Positions 15,291-29,023 of a stretch of DNA of 64,000 nt are shown here, piece by piece. The translations under genes were made by a program, and so were the position numbers. The stretch spans positions 15,998,001 to 16,062,000 of the forward strand of contig NC_045696.1 in NCBI RefSeq assembly GCF_009834535.1, in the 5' to 3' direction. Position 1 is the first letter of the stretch. Every line of letters starts with the position of its first letter. Under the pieces are notes generated by a model. That model made no database searches, was not told the DNA's origin, and was given only the letters and a program-made list of their open reading frames with translations. The DNA is from Camelus ferus (taxonomy: Eukaryota).

Positions 15291-15600
15291 CGGTCGTGCC
15301 CTCCGAATCCGTGGGTTCCACGTCCATGGATTAAACTAAGGGAGGACTGAAAATATTTGGGGAAAAAAAATGTTCCAGAAAGTTCCAAAATGCAAAACTT
15401 GAATTTGAGAAGTATTTACATTGCATTTACAACTATTTACATAGCACTTACATTGTATCAGATACTCAAAGTAATCTTGTAGGTTACATGCAAATACTAT
15501 GCTATTTGAAATAACTGACTTGAGTATCTGAGGATTTTGGTATCCTGGAGGGGAGGGATGTTCCTGGAACCAGTCCCCTGTGGATACTGAGGGATGACTG
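15291..15600. mobile_element. TcMar-Tigger non-autonomous DNA transposon (MER2-like)
   Basis: Terminal inverted repeats cggtcgtgccctccgaatccgtggg ... cctgtggatactgagggatgactg, with TA at the left flank. Confidence 0.8.
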
Positions 15601-16454
15601 CATTTTAACTCAAATTAAATTGTAGATGTAAGGTAATAAATAAAATCCATCCAAAAAATTATCTCAATAGAAGAGACAATAAAACAATTTTACCAAAATA
15701 ATTTTTAAATTACCTATATTCTATTCTTAGATATACAAATGACAATAATATAATCACAAAATTACAATCTTAAAATAAAGTAATCAATTATTAAATAAAT
15801 AATGCTAAGGTTTTGAATTTGGGTTTTCTAAAAATAATCATTAAAGTATATAGAATGAGAAAGACATGGCTTGAAATGAAAGGTTAATTTGGGGGGAAAA
15901 AAAACTTGGAATCTTTTAAACCATTCTATGAACCAAAAGAACTTTACTAAAAGAGTTGATGCAAACTTGGCGCACATAAAAAGGTATCCAGTGGCCAGCC
16001 TCAGGGAAGTAATGGCCCCACTGTAGTCTGTGATTGATCCTGCGCACCCTAGGAGGACAGTCCATGCCCTGACCTCCAAATCTCCGTCAAAAGGCCTCCA
16101 GAGCTCTTAGTGTTCCTGGGAACACCACCCAGGATGGGATTTAGCCATACAGATATCACAGTGATGACTCCGACAAAGACTTTCAGGGCATGGTGAAGAC
16201 AGAGTTGATGGAAGTGAATTCAAGAGAGATTAGGAGGAGAGGAATATAAGTAGGCGAATATAGAAAACTCTTTTGAGGATTTTGTGATAGTGAGAGGGGA
16301 ATGTCGAGTTAAAAAAGGGCTATATATACCTATATATATGTACAAATAGATATTTAATATGGTATTTATTACAGTATGTTTGTATTATGAAAAGGATGTC
16401 CCATAGAAATCACCCAAAATTTACAGCCTCATCACCCCACCCAGACCCACAAGT

Positions 16455-16750
16455 TCTGCTGGGTAGCCACTAGCCACAAGTGGCTACTGAGTACTTGACA
16501 TGTGTCTGCTCTGACTTGAGATGTACTGGAAGTATGAAATATACACCAAAATCTGAAGACAAAGTATTTTAAAAAGGATGCCATGTATCTCACTCGTATA
16601 TTTTATAGTGATTCATGTTACAATAATATTGTACATATAGTGAGTAACAAACATGTATTACTGAAGTTAAGTTCTCTTTTCTAAATGTGGCTACAAAAAA
16701 AAGTTTTAAATTATCTATGTGGTTTGCATGGTATTTCTGCTGACTGCACT
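16455..16750. mobile_element. hAT-Charlie remnant (MER33/MER3-like)
   Basis: gtagccactagccacaagtggctactgagtacttga...aaatgtggctac...tttaaattatctatgtgg. Confidence 0.7.
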
Positions 16751-16974
16751 GATTCAGACCAGAGTGGCAAATCCTATTGTTTGATTTTTACCTGGTTTAT
16801 TTTAGTCACCCCATAAGCTCATCCCTCATCTCCCATCAGCCTTGAATACCCTCAACCTGATCCCACCTTCTGTCCTCCACAAATCCTGACCCCTTTCATT
16901 GTGGAACCCATGGCTCCAAATTCCCTATTCCTCAACTCTTCTTCACATATTTCCTTCACCTTCTTGCTCTAAAT

Positions 16975-17151
16975 CAGTGGTTCTCAAACACATCCGTGCA
17001 CAAGAATCACCTTGGGAGCTTTAAACAGATCAGTGCCCAGTTCTTATTTTCAGAATGTTCAGTCAGATCATCTGCTGTGGGGATAAGGCATCTGAACTTT
17101 TTAATAGCTCACTCAGGTGATTCTAACGTGCAGCTGGGATTGATAACCACT
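16975..17151. mobile_element. MER5-like hAT MITE
   Basis: cagtggttctcaaac...agaatcacct...caggtgattcta...gataaccact. Confidence 0.75.
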
Positions 17152-17489
17152 CATTAAACCAGATCCAGCCTTCCACCTACTCCAACGCTGCACCCGTGTT
17201 AGCAAACATGGCCGGGGAAAAACACAGTGTGCTGGCTGGTCTCCTCAAGGACTATCTAGAGTGGACTTAAAGCTGCCCAGCAATCCTACCATTTTCCCCT
17301 TGTCCATCACTATCTTTATCTGCTAGAGAAACATCTTTCTCCTCCATCCTCTCTCTGACTTTGCTTCCTGTTTAAGCAAGAAAATAGAAGACATTAATGC
17401 AGACCTTGCACAAAGCTCCCTCCACCCCACCCACCCACCTGCCTGCATATGTAGCTATATATACGTCCACCTTCCCTCATTACTGCAGC

Positions 17490-17695
17490 TCAGGCTGTCC
17501 AACAGAACTTTCTGATCAAAATGCTCTATGTTGGGGCTGTAAACTACCGCAGCCACTAGCCACCTGTGGCTATCATGCACTTGCTCTCAGGGTAGCACAA
17601 CTAAGGAACTACATGTATAATTTTATTTAATTTTAAATTAATTTAAATGGAAATAGCCATGTAGCTAATGGCTACTGTACGGGGCAAAACAGGCC
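17490..17695. mobile_element. MER3-like hAT MITE nested in L2
   Basis: ctgtccaacagaactttctg...gcagccactagccacctgtggcta...atagccatgtagctaatggctac. Confidence 0.75.
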
Positions 17696-18072
17696 TAGAT
17701 GATGGTACCCCACCTAAGACCAGATCCTCCACTTTATTCCGTGTGCCGTTCCCTCTTACCTACTCCAGGATGCTGCTTCAGCGATCAGCCCCTCTCTGTT
17801 GTTCTGTCAATTTTCCGTTGTTACTGGATCATTCCCCTCAGCAAAATCATACATTGTAGTATCTTCCATTAAAAACAAAACCCTTTCTTGGTATTCCCCT
17901 TTAGTTATCAGTTTCTTTGCCCCTTTTACAACCAAAAGCCTCAGAAGAATATTTTTATAATTACTGATTCAAATTCCTCTCTCCGTCTGTCTCTTAAACT
18001 CCTGCCAGTCATACTGTCTCCCCCATCCCCTAAACCAGCTCAAGTCAGCATCACCAGTGACCTCTCCATCAC

Positions 18073-18495
18073 CACTGGGCTGCACCCTAGGGAGCTTCCT
18101 GAGTGAAATCTGAAACTAGCCCCCACACATGGAGGGCAGGGAGAGGCCAAAGAAAGAGACAGAACACTCCGGATTGGCAGGGGGCAGATTTAACAAGCAA
18201 GAGATCTTACATGAGGCTTGTCTTCGGTCAAGAAATGAATAGGTTTCTGCACCTGCCCACCAGAATCTTCAAAGGTTATATATAGGGCTTGACGGGGTTC
18301 AGTCACATACACGGACGAAATGGTCTCAACAGCACCTTGCTCTCTCAAGGCTGTGCCCTTGGAACAGCTCCTGCTGTGGGAACAGTGGGTGGAACGTACA
18401 CTCCAAAGACACGGAGCGGGTAAGGAGCCCTATTTCCCCGGGTCCAGCTTACGGGTCAACCTGCAGTCGCATCCTCTCAATGACCTCCTCCAGCA
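18073..18495 (-). mobile_element. ERV solo LTR (laurasiatherian/artiodactyl type, family unassigned)
   Basis: About 420 bp flanked by an ATCAC direct repeat (18068-72, 18496-500), ends CA; minus-strand TATATAA motif near 18280. Confidence 0.65.
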
Positions 18496-18876
18496 ATCAC
18501 CAGATCCGTAAGGTCCTTATCACATTGGGTGTACCTGCAGCTGGTACCCCAGTAATCCCTCTCTCCTCATGAAACACTTTCCTGACACTTCCTTCAGTTG
18601 GCTTTTTGGAAACTACTCTCCCAGCCTCCTCTGACTTCCCCTCCTCTTCCTTCTCTGCTTGCTTTCCTAATTCCTGCTCATCTTACCAACCTTGAAATTT
18701 CCAAGCACACCAGGGCTCAATCCGAAGTCTTCTCTTTTTGCCCGGATCACATCCTAAATGAGCTCATTCAGTACCATCTGTATCTTTACCCTGACCACAA
18801 CTTTTAATTCTAAATTTGCACGTTCAACAAGCTAGTCAGTATTTCAAACTCAAAGGTGAGTAGGCACCTTAAGTTT

Positions 18877-19155
18877 CTTTTTAGTTTGAAGTACACTCAC
18901 AGTGGTGTGCTAGTTTCCAGTGTACAGCATAGTGATTCTGTCATATACATATAGATATTCCTTTTCATATTCTTTTTCATTATAGGTTATTACAAGATAT
19001 TGAATAGAGTTCCCTGTGCTATACAGTACGACCCTGTTGTTTATCTATTATATATAGAGTAACATCTGTAAATTCTGAACTCCCAATTTACCCCTCTCCC
19101 CTTTCTTTCCGCCCAGTAACCATAAGTTTGTTTTCTATGACTGTAAATCTGTTTT
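18877..19155 (-). mobile_element. 5'-truncated young L1 3' end
   Basis: tataggttattacaagatattgaatagagttccctgtgctatacagta...gtaaccataagtttgttttctatg. Confidence 0.85.
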
Positions 19156-19591
19156 CCCCATTAACACCTGTCCTCCCCTCTAGAACTCGCCACTGCTACA
19201 GGCTTTCCTACCTCCGTGCATGTTAACTCCATTCTTCCAGTTGCTATGGCCAAAAGCTTTGGGTCATCCTTGAGTCCTTTCTCTTTCACATCACAAATCC
19301 AATCCATGAGAAAGTCATTTGGGCTCAGACTTCAAAATACATTCCAAAACTTTTCTCGTCTCACCACCTCCCACTCTCATGTAAATTTTTGCAATAGTCT
19401 CCTGCCTGACTTTCCTCCTTCTTTCCTGGCCTCCTTATGGACTCCTTTCTATACAGAAGCCAGAGTGATCCCTTTGAAACATGAACCAAATCACGCTCTT
19501 CCTCTGCTGGGAGCCCCGCACTGGCTCCTACGGCACTCAAAGGACTCACGGTGGTTTTCAAGGTCCTGCACTGTCTGGTCCTTTTCACCTC

Positions 19592-19988
19592 TGCGTTAGT
19601 CTGCTAGAGCTGCCATAACACGGTACCACAGTGTGAGTGGCTTAAACAACAGAGATGTATTTTCTCACAGTTCTTGAGGCTAGAAGTCCAAGATCAAAGT
19701 GTCCCCAGGGTTGGATTCTTCTGAGGTCTCTCTCCTGGGCTTGTACACGGTCGTCTTTCCCGTGTCTTCACATGGCCTCCCGTCTGTGTGTGTCTGTGTC
19801 TTAACCTCTTCTTACAAGGACACCAGTCACACTGGATTAGAACCCACTCTGAAGATCTCATTTTAACTTAATGACCTCTGTAAAGCCCCTATCTCCAAAC
19901 ACAGTCATATTCTGAGGTACTGGGCATTAAGACTTCAATATATGAATCTGGGGGTGGGGGAGGTAAGGACACAGCTCAGCCGCTAACA
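19592..19988 (-). mobile_element. MaLR solo LTR (MLT1B-like) with perfect 5-bp TSD
   Basis: TG...CA termini, ACCTC at 19587-91 and 19989-93; ggcttaaacaacaga...tctcacagttct...aggctagaagtccaagatcaa. Confidence 0.9.
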
Positions 19989-20846
19989 ACCTCCCGATCT
20001 CACCTCCTATCGCGATCCCCCTCCTTCCCTCCCCTAGCGCCTCAAGCACCATATTGCTGCTCTTCAAACAGGCAGGCTCGCTCCTGCTTCGGGAGCTATT
20101 CTCTGTGTTGGAATCCCCTTGCCCCAAGACAGTTGCAAGCCCTTCTCTCATTTCCTTTATATGTTTGCACGAACATCACCTTCAGTGAGGTTATTCCTCT
20201 ACCAAGCCTCAGACCTCCTAACCAAACACATATTCTCCATCTCCCCTTAATTCTGCTTAATTTTTTTCCATAGCCTGTATCACTATGTACCACACTCTAT
20301 ATTTTCTTGTTACTTACTAGTTTTTCTTTTATCTTCTTCCACTTAGTAGGTACTCATTAACTATTTGTTGAATGAATAGATAAATAGAATATATTCATTT
20401 GCAGAAAGAAATACATCTGAAGGTCATCATAAGGGATCTGGCAATGATATCCTGTAAGCCACCGCTTAGAAAATCAGATTTTTAGGTTAGAAAAGAGAAG
20501 AGAGGCCTAAGGGAACACTGGGAATAACTGATTGAAAACTTCTGAAGGCTTGTCCTGTGGATGACAACAGAGTCACTCTGTGCATGTGTCATTACTCTAT
20601 ATGGCAGAGCTGGACTAAAGGACAGCATTGAAGAGAAGGTGAATTTTAGCTCAACAGAACAACAAAAAAGTTCCAGTGAAATGTTTATGTTTCCAGAAGA
20701 TGGCTCCCAATAACAGAAAATAAAAAAGGAAAAGCCAAATAATTCTCTCAGGAATACTGCAGGCAAGACACCTGTGCTCATGAGAGGATCAAACGTGAGT
20801 TTTGAGTTGGGTTCTGACTCCAAGTTTCTAGAAGGATAAACTGACA

Positions 20847-20937
20847 TTATTTATTTATTAATGGTGGTACTGGGGATTGAACCCAGGAGGTGGTGCATGC
20901 TAAGCATGCACTCCACCACTGAGCTAGACTCTCCTCC
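20847..20937 (-). mobile_element. tRNA-derived SINE (camelid Vic-1-like)
   Basis: Reverse-strand A box (tagctcagtggt) and B box (gggttcaatccc), (TAAA)n tail, flanking AACTGAC repeat. Confidence 0.85.
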
Positions 20938-23900
20938 AATCAACTGACTTCAGATGAGGAAAAATATCACAAAGTATGGCCGGTCTCAGTGCCCCACTGT
21001 TTCCGTGAGTCAGGCCTGGTGAGACTGGCAGGTCTGGGAAGCATCACAAGCTGAAATGAGAATGGGAAATCAGGGAGACGAGGGTCAAGGTTGGCCAATA
21101 AATAGTCATGTGACTGTAGGCAAGTCACTTCCCTTCTCTGGGTCACCAGGGAGTCCTCGTTAAGTTAAAGGCTTGGCAGAGATGGGCACCACATCCCTTC
21201 AGTTCTAAACACTGCAATTCTAGGTTCTTTTTCAAGTCATAGGAACTGGAAGAGGACTGGAGATGAAAGAGTTTAGGCAGTCACGGGGTATTATGGGATG
21301 GGGGAGGAGGCACCCGGGCAAGTTCAGACTGAAGGAGAATCATGTTAAATGGAATTCTTCCTCTGCAGAGGGGTTCAGAAATGAGAGAAATGGCTCCCCT
21401 GGGCCAGCCGTCCAGTATCTTCTCTTCAAGTGTGAAAAGGTGAGAGGGCTCCAAGCTTGAAAAATCAGAAGAAACTGCTACTTACACAGAGAACCACTTC
21501 TCACTCCGGAGGGACTAGCTAAGCTGCGGGGTGTGCTGCGCTGTGGTTCAAGGAGACCCAGCATGACTGTCACCGAAGAGTCATTCCAAAGGGGAGTGTG
21601 AGCAAACGCACATCACTGTGCTTGCCTGAGCTTCTTCCTCTTGACTGAAAAGACATCTCTCATGGATGTTTCCTAGGCGCTGAATTATCAGGACTAACGA
21701 GGCAGCATTAAGGACTTGAGTTACGCCAGCTCAGTTTCTAACGTCTTGGTCGACCCTCTCCGAGGCATGGCCTGCACAGGGCTTTGGGGGCTGTTTAGAA
21801 ATTTTAGTGGAAAAGTGTCAAACAATGTTGACTGAATCTGATTTTTCAACAAAAATTCCCAGTAGATTCCAAGCAGTTGAGACTGAAATGGTCTGATCGA
21901 CTTGAAGCAAATCCATGACTTGTTTTCGTAGGTGGGCCTAAAATCAGTACTGATTTTGATACTTTCCAAGATTTAAGCCAGGTTGATGCTAGGGTTCTAG
22001 AATTTTCTGACGACCAGAATTTTGTTTTCACCATCTTCCCTGTTTATTTCCATTTCATTTTACTCTTCCTCTGAGAACAGAAGTGGGCCTGCATGGTTCC
22101 CCTGTTTATTTCCTCAGAATCTCTTACCAGGCTTCGCAAACTCACCAGAACAAGGTGGTTATTTGGACTCTTGGTCCCATGAGGTGAGACAACAGAACCT
22201 GTTTTCACTGATAGTTGGAAAACAGAAATGACAATGATCCTTTTCAGGCTGGGCTCCCTAATTTTCCCTTGTTTTCCTTTGGTGCAATAATGAGGGCTGA
22301 CAGGGCCCCTTGACGCCATTAGCAGTAAATGAATTTTTCAGCGAGGACTAACAGAGAAAAACTATGGAAATTTAGGATTTATTTTTTTTGACCCAAGAGA
22401 GCTTTCTGTATCTCCTTATGCCTTTGCTTTCCATGCGTACTTTACAAAAAATTTCAGTAAAAGCTTCTAAAGTTAATCCTTAGCTGTCTCCTTCAATTCT
22501 CCTCCCCGGAACTCTTCGTTCATCTGTTTAGAGATCCTGGCCACTTCTTAAGGGTCCCTATCCCAAAAAATTAAAGGCAGTGCAGTAAACTCAAGTCTTA
22601 TCCTGAGGCTTATCTTTGTAAAGTTAGCAATACTTCCTCCTTTTTACACAAGAAAATTTAAAGAGAAGCAGTCTCAAACGTGAACTGGATTCTGTCCCAT
22701 TTCTCCTCCAAACTGGGAAAAAGCTGGTCATATAGTTTTACATTGTTAGTATAAATATTCAAAGACTCTAATCCGGTATCTTCCACATAACACACATTTT
22801 AACTCCTACTTTAAACTTTCAGAATGCTTTTTACGGTATCTGTTATGCCCTACTTTAAAATGTTTGTCGGTCTAATATTTCTACTTTCTTCCTTTATTAA
22901 TTTATCTTCAAGGTCATGCGTGGAAACACCTTTCAGTGGAAAGAACCCATCTGCTTTGGCAAAAATGCACGCTATAAACCTTCACTTCTGCAAGGGCCTT
23001 AAAAAAAAAAATTTAAAAGCCAAGAGTCTGTTAAAATGCTTCCAAAGCAGAGTTCCCTCAAGCTTGCTCTGGTGCAACCCTGGTGCCAGGCATTGATGTG
23101 GTAAATAAAACAAAAACTGGGGAGAGGGAGGGATGCCATATTAAGGAGCCACTCTCTTTAAAATTCAAAATGTACAGAAGCATCTTAAAGGGCTGGAGGC
23201 ATTCTTAAAAACATACATATATTTGTTTTGTTTTATTTAACCACTTATTTCTCAAACTTATTTGATCACAGAACTCTTTTCGCGTGTGTATGCAACACTT
23301 AGTAACATACTACTCTATTAGGGTTCCAAGGTACATGGTTTGGAAATTGTGCTAGAAGACATTATTCTTCATTTTTAAATAAGTATTATTTCAATGCATT
23401 CATACACTGGAAAATAATCTTGAGATAGAAATATAACACTTCATTCTAATACTGTATTTACAGAGGTATCTAGGGTTCATTTGACAAATAGTTAATCTCC
23501 AAGTGCCTACTTGGTTCCTATAAGTCAACACAAAAACGGATCTTCCTTTTTGTAATATCACGTTAAACTTCATCGGAATCGTCCACTAGTCATCTTTTAG
23601 GGGTAAATCATCAATTATCACAGACAACGACCACAGCCACGTCTCCGACTTTCATCTCTCACCTGCCTTCCCTTCAGTTTGTATTGGTCATATTTAAGGT
23701 ACTTCTTATTGTATGTATTTCTGATTCTTAAATAAAAACAAACTAAAAATCTCATTTATTATTTCCCTCAATTTAAAAACAGCATAATCAATGACGTCCA
23801 AGTGAGACAGAAGTGGGAACAAACTCTCCCTCCTCCATCCCTATCTGGCTGAGTTAACCTCTTCAGCCTCCTCGTTGGTGACATGGAGGGGTACCCCAAC

Positions 23901-24509
23901 ACAACTCACAAGTATTCAGTGAGACCCTGTGTGTAAAGTCCTCAGCTTGGCACACGGCGATCCTTACGCCGGATTAATCAGAAGGGTCCCACCATGACGT
24001 CTTCACAAATGTTCTGTTTGTACCTGGAATCTCTGGCATTCCTTTCTCTCCGCTCTTCCTCATCCCAACTTTTTCATCCTCCAAATTTCCCTACAGCTCC
24101 CACACTGACAGATTTTTCTCTCGAAATGTTAGAATGAGTCAGATGGGTCAGGAAACCCATGGTGAGCTACTACTGCCCGCTCCATCCGCCCTAACTTCCT
24201 CAGCTCCTCAAACCTAACACGTGCCCCACAGCTAACTCCCGCTTACCAGCCCCACCATGAACATCACTGCTGTGTTTACGCGGTCCTTCCTTAAACATTC
24301 TCATTTTCGCCCCCCTTTTCTTTTCATGGTTACTGTCAAATTCCCTGCGGGGGGGAAAAAAAATCTTTTCCTGGTGTTACCAGTTACCTCTTTCTAGTGC
24401 TCCAGGTCTGTGATTCTAATTTCCTTCTGATGAATTCACATATATACACACAAATACTTTATACCAAGTTGTACTTACTGATGTATAGTTTTTACTATGC
24501 CTTTTAAAA

Positions 24510-24710
24510 AACTTTAATTGATATAATTGACATATAAAATTGCATTAGTTTTAAGTATACAACATCATGATTCAACTTATGTATATATTGTGAAATGATC
24601 ACCATAATAAGTTTAGTTAACATCTTTCACCACCATAGCTACAACATGTTAATCTTGTGATGAGAACTTTCAAGATCTCCTCTCTCAGCAAATTTCAAGT
24701 AACGATATTC
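24510..24710 (-). mobile_element. L1MA-type 3' end fragment
   Basis: tttaattgatataattgacata...tgtgaaatgatcacca...tgatgagaactttcaagatct. Confidence 0.75.
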
Positions 24711-27125
24711 ACCATTCACTATACTTTCCTCCCCAGACAGCTTTCTCATGTAAACACAAGCTCTTTCAGGGAGTGAACGTATCAGTTTTTCACTCTGCCC
24801 GCAGTGGAAGTGTAAAAACTTCTGACTGATCCACTAATACTAAACACTTTCATTCCTAGGAGTTCTATTTACTTTAACCAGAATAAACTACACATAGGAC
24901 AGAAAACGTTAATTGAGGGAGAGAGCAAAGTTGGATATAGCAAAGTTGAATGCTATTTAAGGACAAGGTTGTATACCAGATGACTGTGAAGTTTTTGTTT
25001 ATTTGGTAGCTGATTTGTGTGTTAGTTTTGTCACCCAAGATGCTGTTTATTTATAAAACGTGCTCATGAATTCTTCGGGCTCGTCTGCCTGGAATTTCCC
25101 CCCAGTCGTTTAAGGTTTAGGTAACACATCTCTGGCTACAGCCTTCACTAGGATTCTGAAAGTTGAGTTACTCATCCGAGAGTGTAGAACTTCGCTCTTT
25201 TTAAAGAGAAGGCAGAGGACAGCCCCTCGGTATGGTCTATGTGGAGACAAAGAGGTCTGGCCATCTTGGAGCACAACCTCTCTCAGCCTCATTGTTATCA
25301 GTGTTGAGCGCTGGCAATGGCCCCAGGCCACGCAGTCCCGGTGAGAGCTGCACCTTCCCGCCCTGGGGAGTGAGTCTTCCCCACAAGGTGATGTGGTCCG
25401 TCCTCCCATCTACAGGAAGTGGCCAACCCCGTGTAATCCTCTCAGCACCTCTGTCAAGCAGCCTTTTCAAGCACTGTGACATCTGCAGACAGGATGCCTG
25501 TCTTTCACATACCAGACACATGTCCTTGGGAGTGGTGGGGGTTCTTCCTAATTCTTAGCCTGTTGCCTAATTCTACATTACTGGACTCCAAAGGAGTAGC
25601 CTGATAAAAGGGTAACCTTGAGTCTGGTCTTATTGATGTGTCAAAAAAGCTAATCACTCACAAATCGGGAACTTTTGTTAGCAACTCATTACCTGGGGAC
25701 CCACCAAAGTAACGCTGGGTTGAGAGTCACTGTGCTCGGGGACAGCTCCTGGCAAAATCAACATATGGTCAAAGTCAGGCCTATCCTGGTCACTCAGGTG
25801 ACAGCTATTGTGAATTTCTGTTCTCTCAAGAAGAGAGGACTAAGCTAAGTACTGTGCTAGGTACCTTCTCAGTTTGTCATACCACCTGTGACATGAGGGG
25901 ACGCATTTTCAGAAATGAAGGCGCTGGTAGGTTTCACAAGTACATCCAAAGCTGGTATGTAGTGGCCAAGGTTTCCCAAGGCCTGAGTCCTTTACCACCA
26001 TGGCACGACGCTGCCTTATCATCAAAGTTCTCTGAAGAAGCAAATGTGTGCATGGCCTTCTTTAAACCTCCCTGCTGCTGGGTTGATTTTCACACTTCCT
26101 ACCTCTGGGGTTGGCATGCATGGTCTATTTTTTTCTCCCTCCTTTTCATTCCATAAAATATAAGAATATTCTTTTAAATTAGTCTTTGCGGTGACCTTGG
26201 AATTACCAACGTTCTTCAAACAAGTTATGTAAACCAGCTACCAAAAGTGGTCTGTGGCTTAACATTCAATATTATTGTCCCACGGACTGACTGCGCTAAG
26301 CTCATTGGCACACTGTCTGTTACTTGAACTGAAGGGTGTCTCTGAAGTAGTTTTGTGCAGTGATTGCAGAGGAATAATTTTAAAGCTCTTGTATTGTTTG
26401 AAGATAAATGAACACTTCACAGATGCACCACTGAAGTAAAGACTCATAAATGAAGCGGTAACTTAAGAAACAGGGAGAACAAAATGCCACATCCTTTGTT
26501 TACAGGAAGGTCCGTTAGATGTGTACAGTTAAACGTAAGTACATTAAGTGCTAACTATTCATTTATAATTTTCCTTATGTTTATTCATCAAGAAGAAAGA
26601 AGGAAACCTTATCATGTGAAAATCTGCATGCACCATTGGAAGAAAGAATTTTATTATGAAAACTTGAATGCTATTTACAGTTTAGACTTCCCGTAGATAC
26701 TGAAGGCTGCAGTCAAGATGAAGAAATATACGATGCCCTCTGTCTTAGAAAAGGTAAAAAGAGATGAGAGTGAAAGCAACTCAAGATCTACTTCTGGTCT
26801 ACAAAGAGGAATCGGCACGTGGCTCAAGAAGAGAACGCAGCTGAGAAGCATGTGAAACTCTCAAAAATGTCACAGTGTCTGTCATCACAGCTACTACTCG
26901 GCAAGGCAGCACCTCTATGGAAGGTACCACAATTTACAACATGATTGCAAGTCTGGAGTAGCCAAGTTACCCAAACATTCAACCAGGAGGCAGCTAAAGA
27001 AATCACGCTGGTTACCTAGGACTTGCGCTGGTTTCAAAAGGATGTGAATAAAAGGTGGAAGGAATCCACTCTCAAGGATGGATTGGAGGGTAGCTTAAAT
27101 GTGAAAATAATAATTTTAGGGGTCC

Positions 27126-27509
27126 TGTTATGGACTGAATTGCATTCAACCCAAATTTATATGTTGAAGCCTAGTTCTCAGAACCTCAGGATGTGACTGT
27201 ATTTGGGGATGGAGATTTTAAAGGGGGTAATTAGGTCAAAATGAGGTCTTTAGGGTGGGCCTTAATCCAATACCACTGGCGCCCTTGGAGGAGAGGATGA
27301 GGACACAGACTCACATAGAGGGAAGACCATGTGAAGACACAGGGAGAAAATGGCCATGTACAAGCCAAAGAGAGAGGCCACAGAAATCAACCCCATGGAC
27401 ACCCTGATCATGGACTTCTAGCTTCCAAAATCGTTAGAAAATAAATTTCTGTTGTTTAAACCACCCAGACGGTGGTATTTGGTTATCGTATCCCTAGCAG
27501 AAGAATACA
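27126..27509 (+). mobile_element. MaLR solo LTR (MLT1B-like)
   Basis: tgttatggactgaattg...gagggaagaccatgtgaagacacagggagaa...aataaatttctgttgtttaa...aataca. Confidence 0.88.
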
Positions 27510-27548
27510 GAGCTCACCTTCTGGCCTAGACTAAGACTGCTTTTGGTG

Positions 27549-28760
27549 GAAATCAGAAAACTCATAGAAAAAAACATATGTGGAATACTCTTTGACATAA
27601 ATTGTAGCAATATTTTTTTTTGGATCTGTCTTCTAAAGCAAAGGAAATAAAAGCAAAAATAAACAAATTGGACCTAATTAAACTTAGAAGCTTTTGCACA
27701 GCAAAGGAAACCATTAACGAGATAAAAAGATAACCTACTAAATGGGAGAAAATATTTGCAAATGATATGACAGATAAGGGGTTAATATTCAAAATATATA
27801 AACAGCTCATACAACTCAACGTCAAAAAAAAAAAAATCTGATTAAAAAATGGGCAGAAGACCTGTATAGACATTTTTCCTAAGAAGATATACAGATGGCC
27901 AACAGGCATATGAAAAGATGCTCAACATGGTTACTCATCAGAGAAATGAGAATTAAATCTACCAGGAGATACGCCCTCACGACTATCAGAATGGCTGCCA
28001 TCAAAAAGAATACAAATAAATGTTGAGAAGGATGCGGAGAAAAGGGAACCCATGTACTGCTGGTGGGGATGTAAATTGGTGTAGCCACTGTGGAAAACAG
28101 TATGGAGGTTTCTCAAAAAACCAAAAATAAAACTACCATATAAGCTAACAACATCATACCTGAGTGTATACCCCCAAAAATGAAAACACTAATTCAAAAA
28201 GATACAGGCACCCCAATGTTCATAGCAGCATTATTTACAATTACAAACACATGGAAGCCACGTAAGTGTCCATCAACAGATGAACGGATAAAGAAGATGT
28301 GATGTATATATTCAATGGAATACTACTCAGTCATAAAAAGAATGAAATTTTGCCATTTCAACAACATGGATAGACTCGGAGGATAGTATGCTAAGTGAAA
28401 TAAGTCAGATGGAGAAAGATAAATTCTGTATGATATCATTTATATGGGGAATCTAAAAAAATAAAACAACCCAATGAATATAACAAAAAAGAAACAGACT
28501 CCCAGATATAGAGAACAAACAAGCGGTTACCAGTGGGGAGAGGGGAGGGAGGAAGGGCAAGGTAGGGGAAGGAGATTAAGAGGTACCAACTAATATGTAT
28601 AAAGTAAATAAGCTATATGGATGTATTGCACAACACAGGGAATGCAGCCAATATTTTATAACAATTATAAATGGAATATAACTTTTACCAGTTATGAATC
28701 ACTATATTGTACTTCTAAAACTTATATAATATTGCACATCAACTATACCTCAACAAAAAA
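27549..28760 (+). mobile_element. 5'-truncated L1 (decayed ORF2 C-terminus plus 3'UTR) with 17-bp TSD
   Basis: TSD TAAGACTGCTTTTGGTG at 27532-48 and 28761-77; L1 motifs agcttttgcacagcaaaggaaacc, tgtccatcaacagatgaacggataaagaagatgtg. Confidence 0.95.
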
Positions 28761-28981
28761 TAAGACTGCTTTTGGTGATATTTGCATGGCACAGACAACA
28801 CCTTAAACACAAGATGACAAGAGATGTGGCTCAGCAGTACTCTGCATCAAATAGAGGGGAGATTCAGCAGCAAATGTGACCAACCTGAACCCATCCAATC
28901 CAATGCAACACTAACCTGCAGAGTGAGGTGGACAAGAGACTCCTCCACGCTGCAGTGGCCACAGCACTCTTGGAGGACTGT

Positions 28982-28984
<3 letters not shown>

Positions 28985-29020
<36 letters not shown>
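28985..29020 (+). repeat. (CA)n microsatellite, about 17 units
   Basis: Direct read. Confidence 0.95.

Positions 29021-29023
<3 letters not shown>

Larger units (their letters stand above)
17200..20390 (+). mobile_element. Fragmented L2 LINE carrying nested MER3, LTR, L1 and MLT1B insertions
   Basis: Pyrimidine-rich L2-type text (gggtcatccttgagtcctttctctttcacatcacaaatccaatcc, gccagagtgatcccttt) ending in the L2 tail tagtaggtactcattaactatttgttgaatgaat. Confidence 0.7.
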
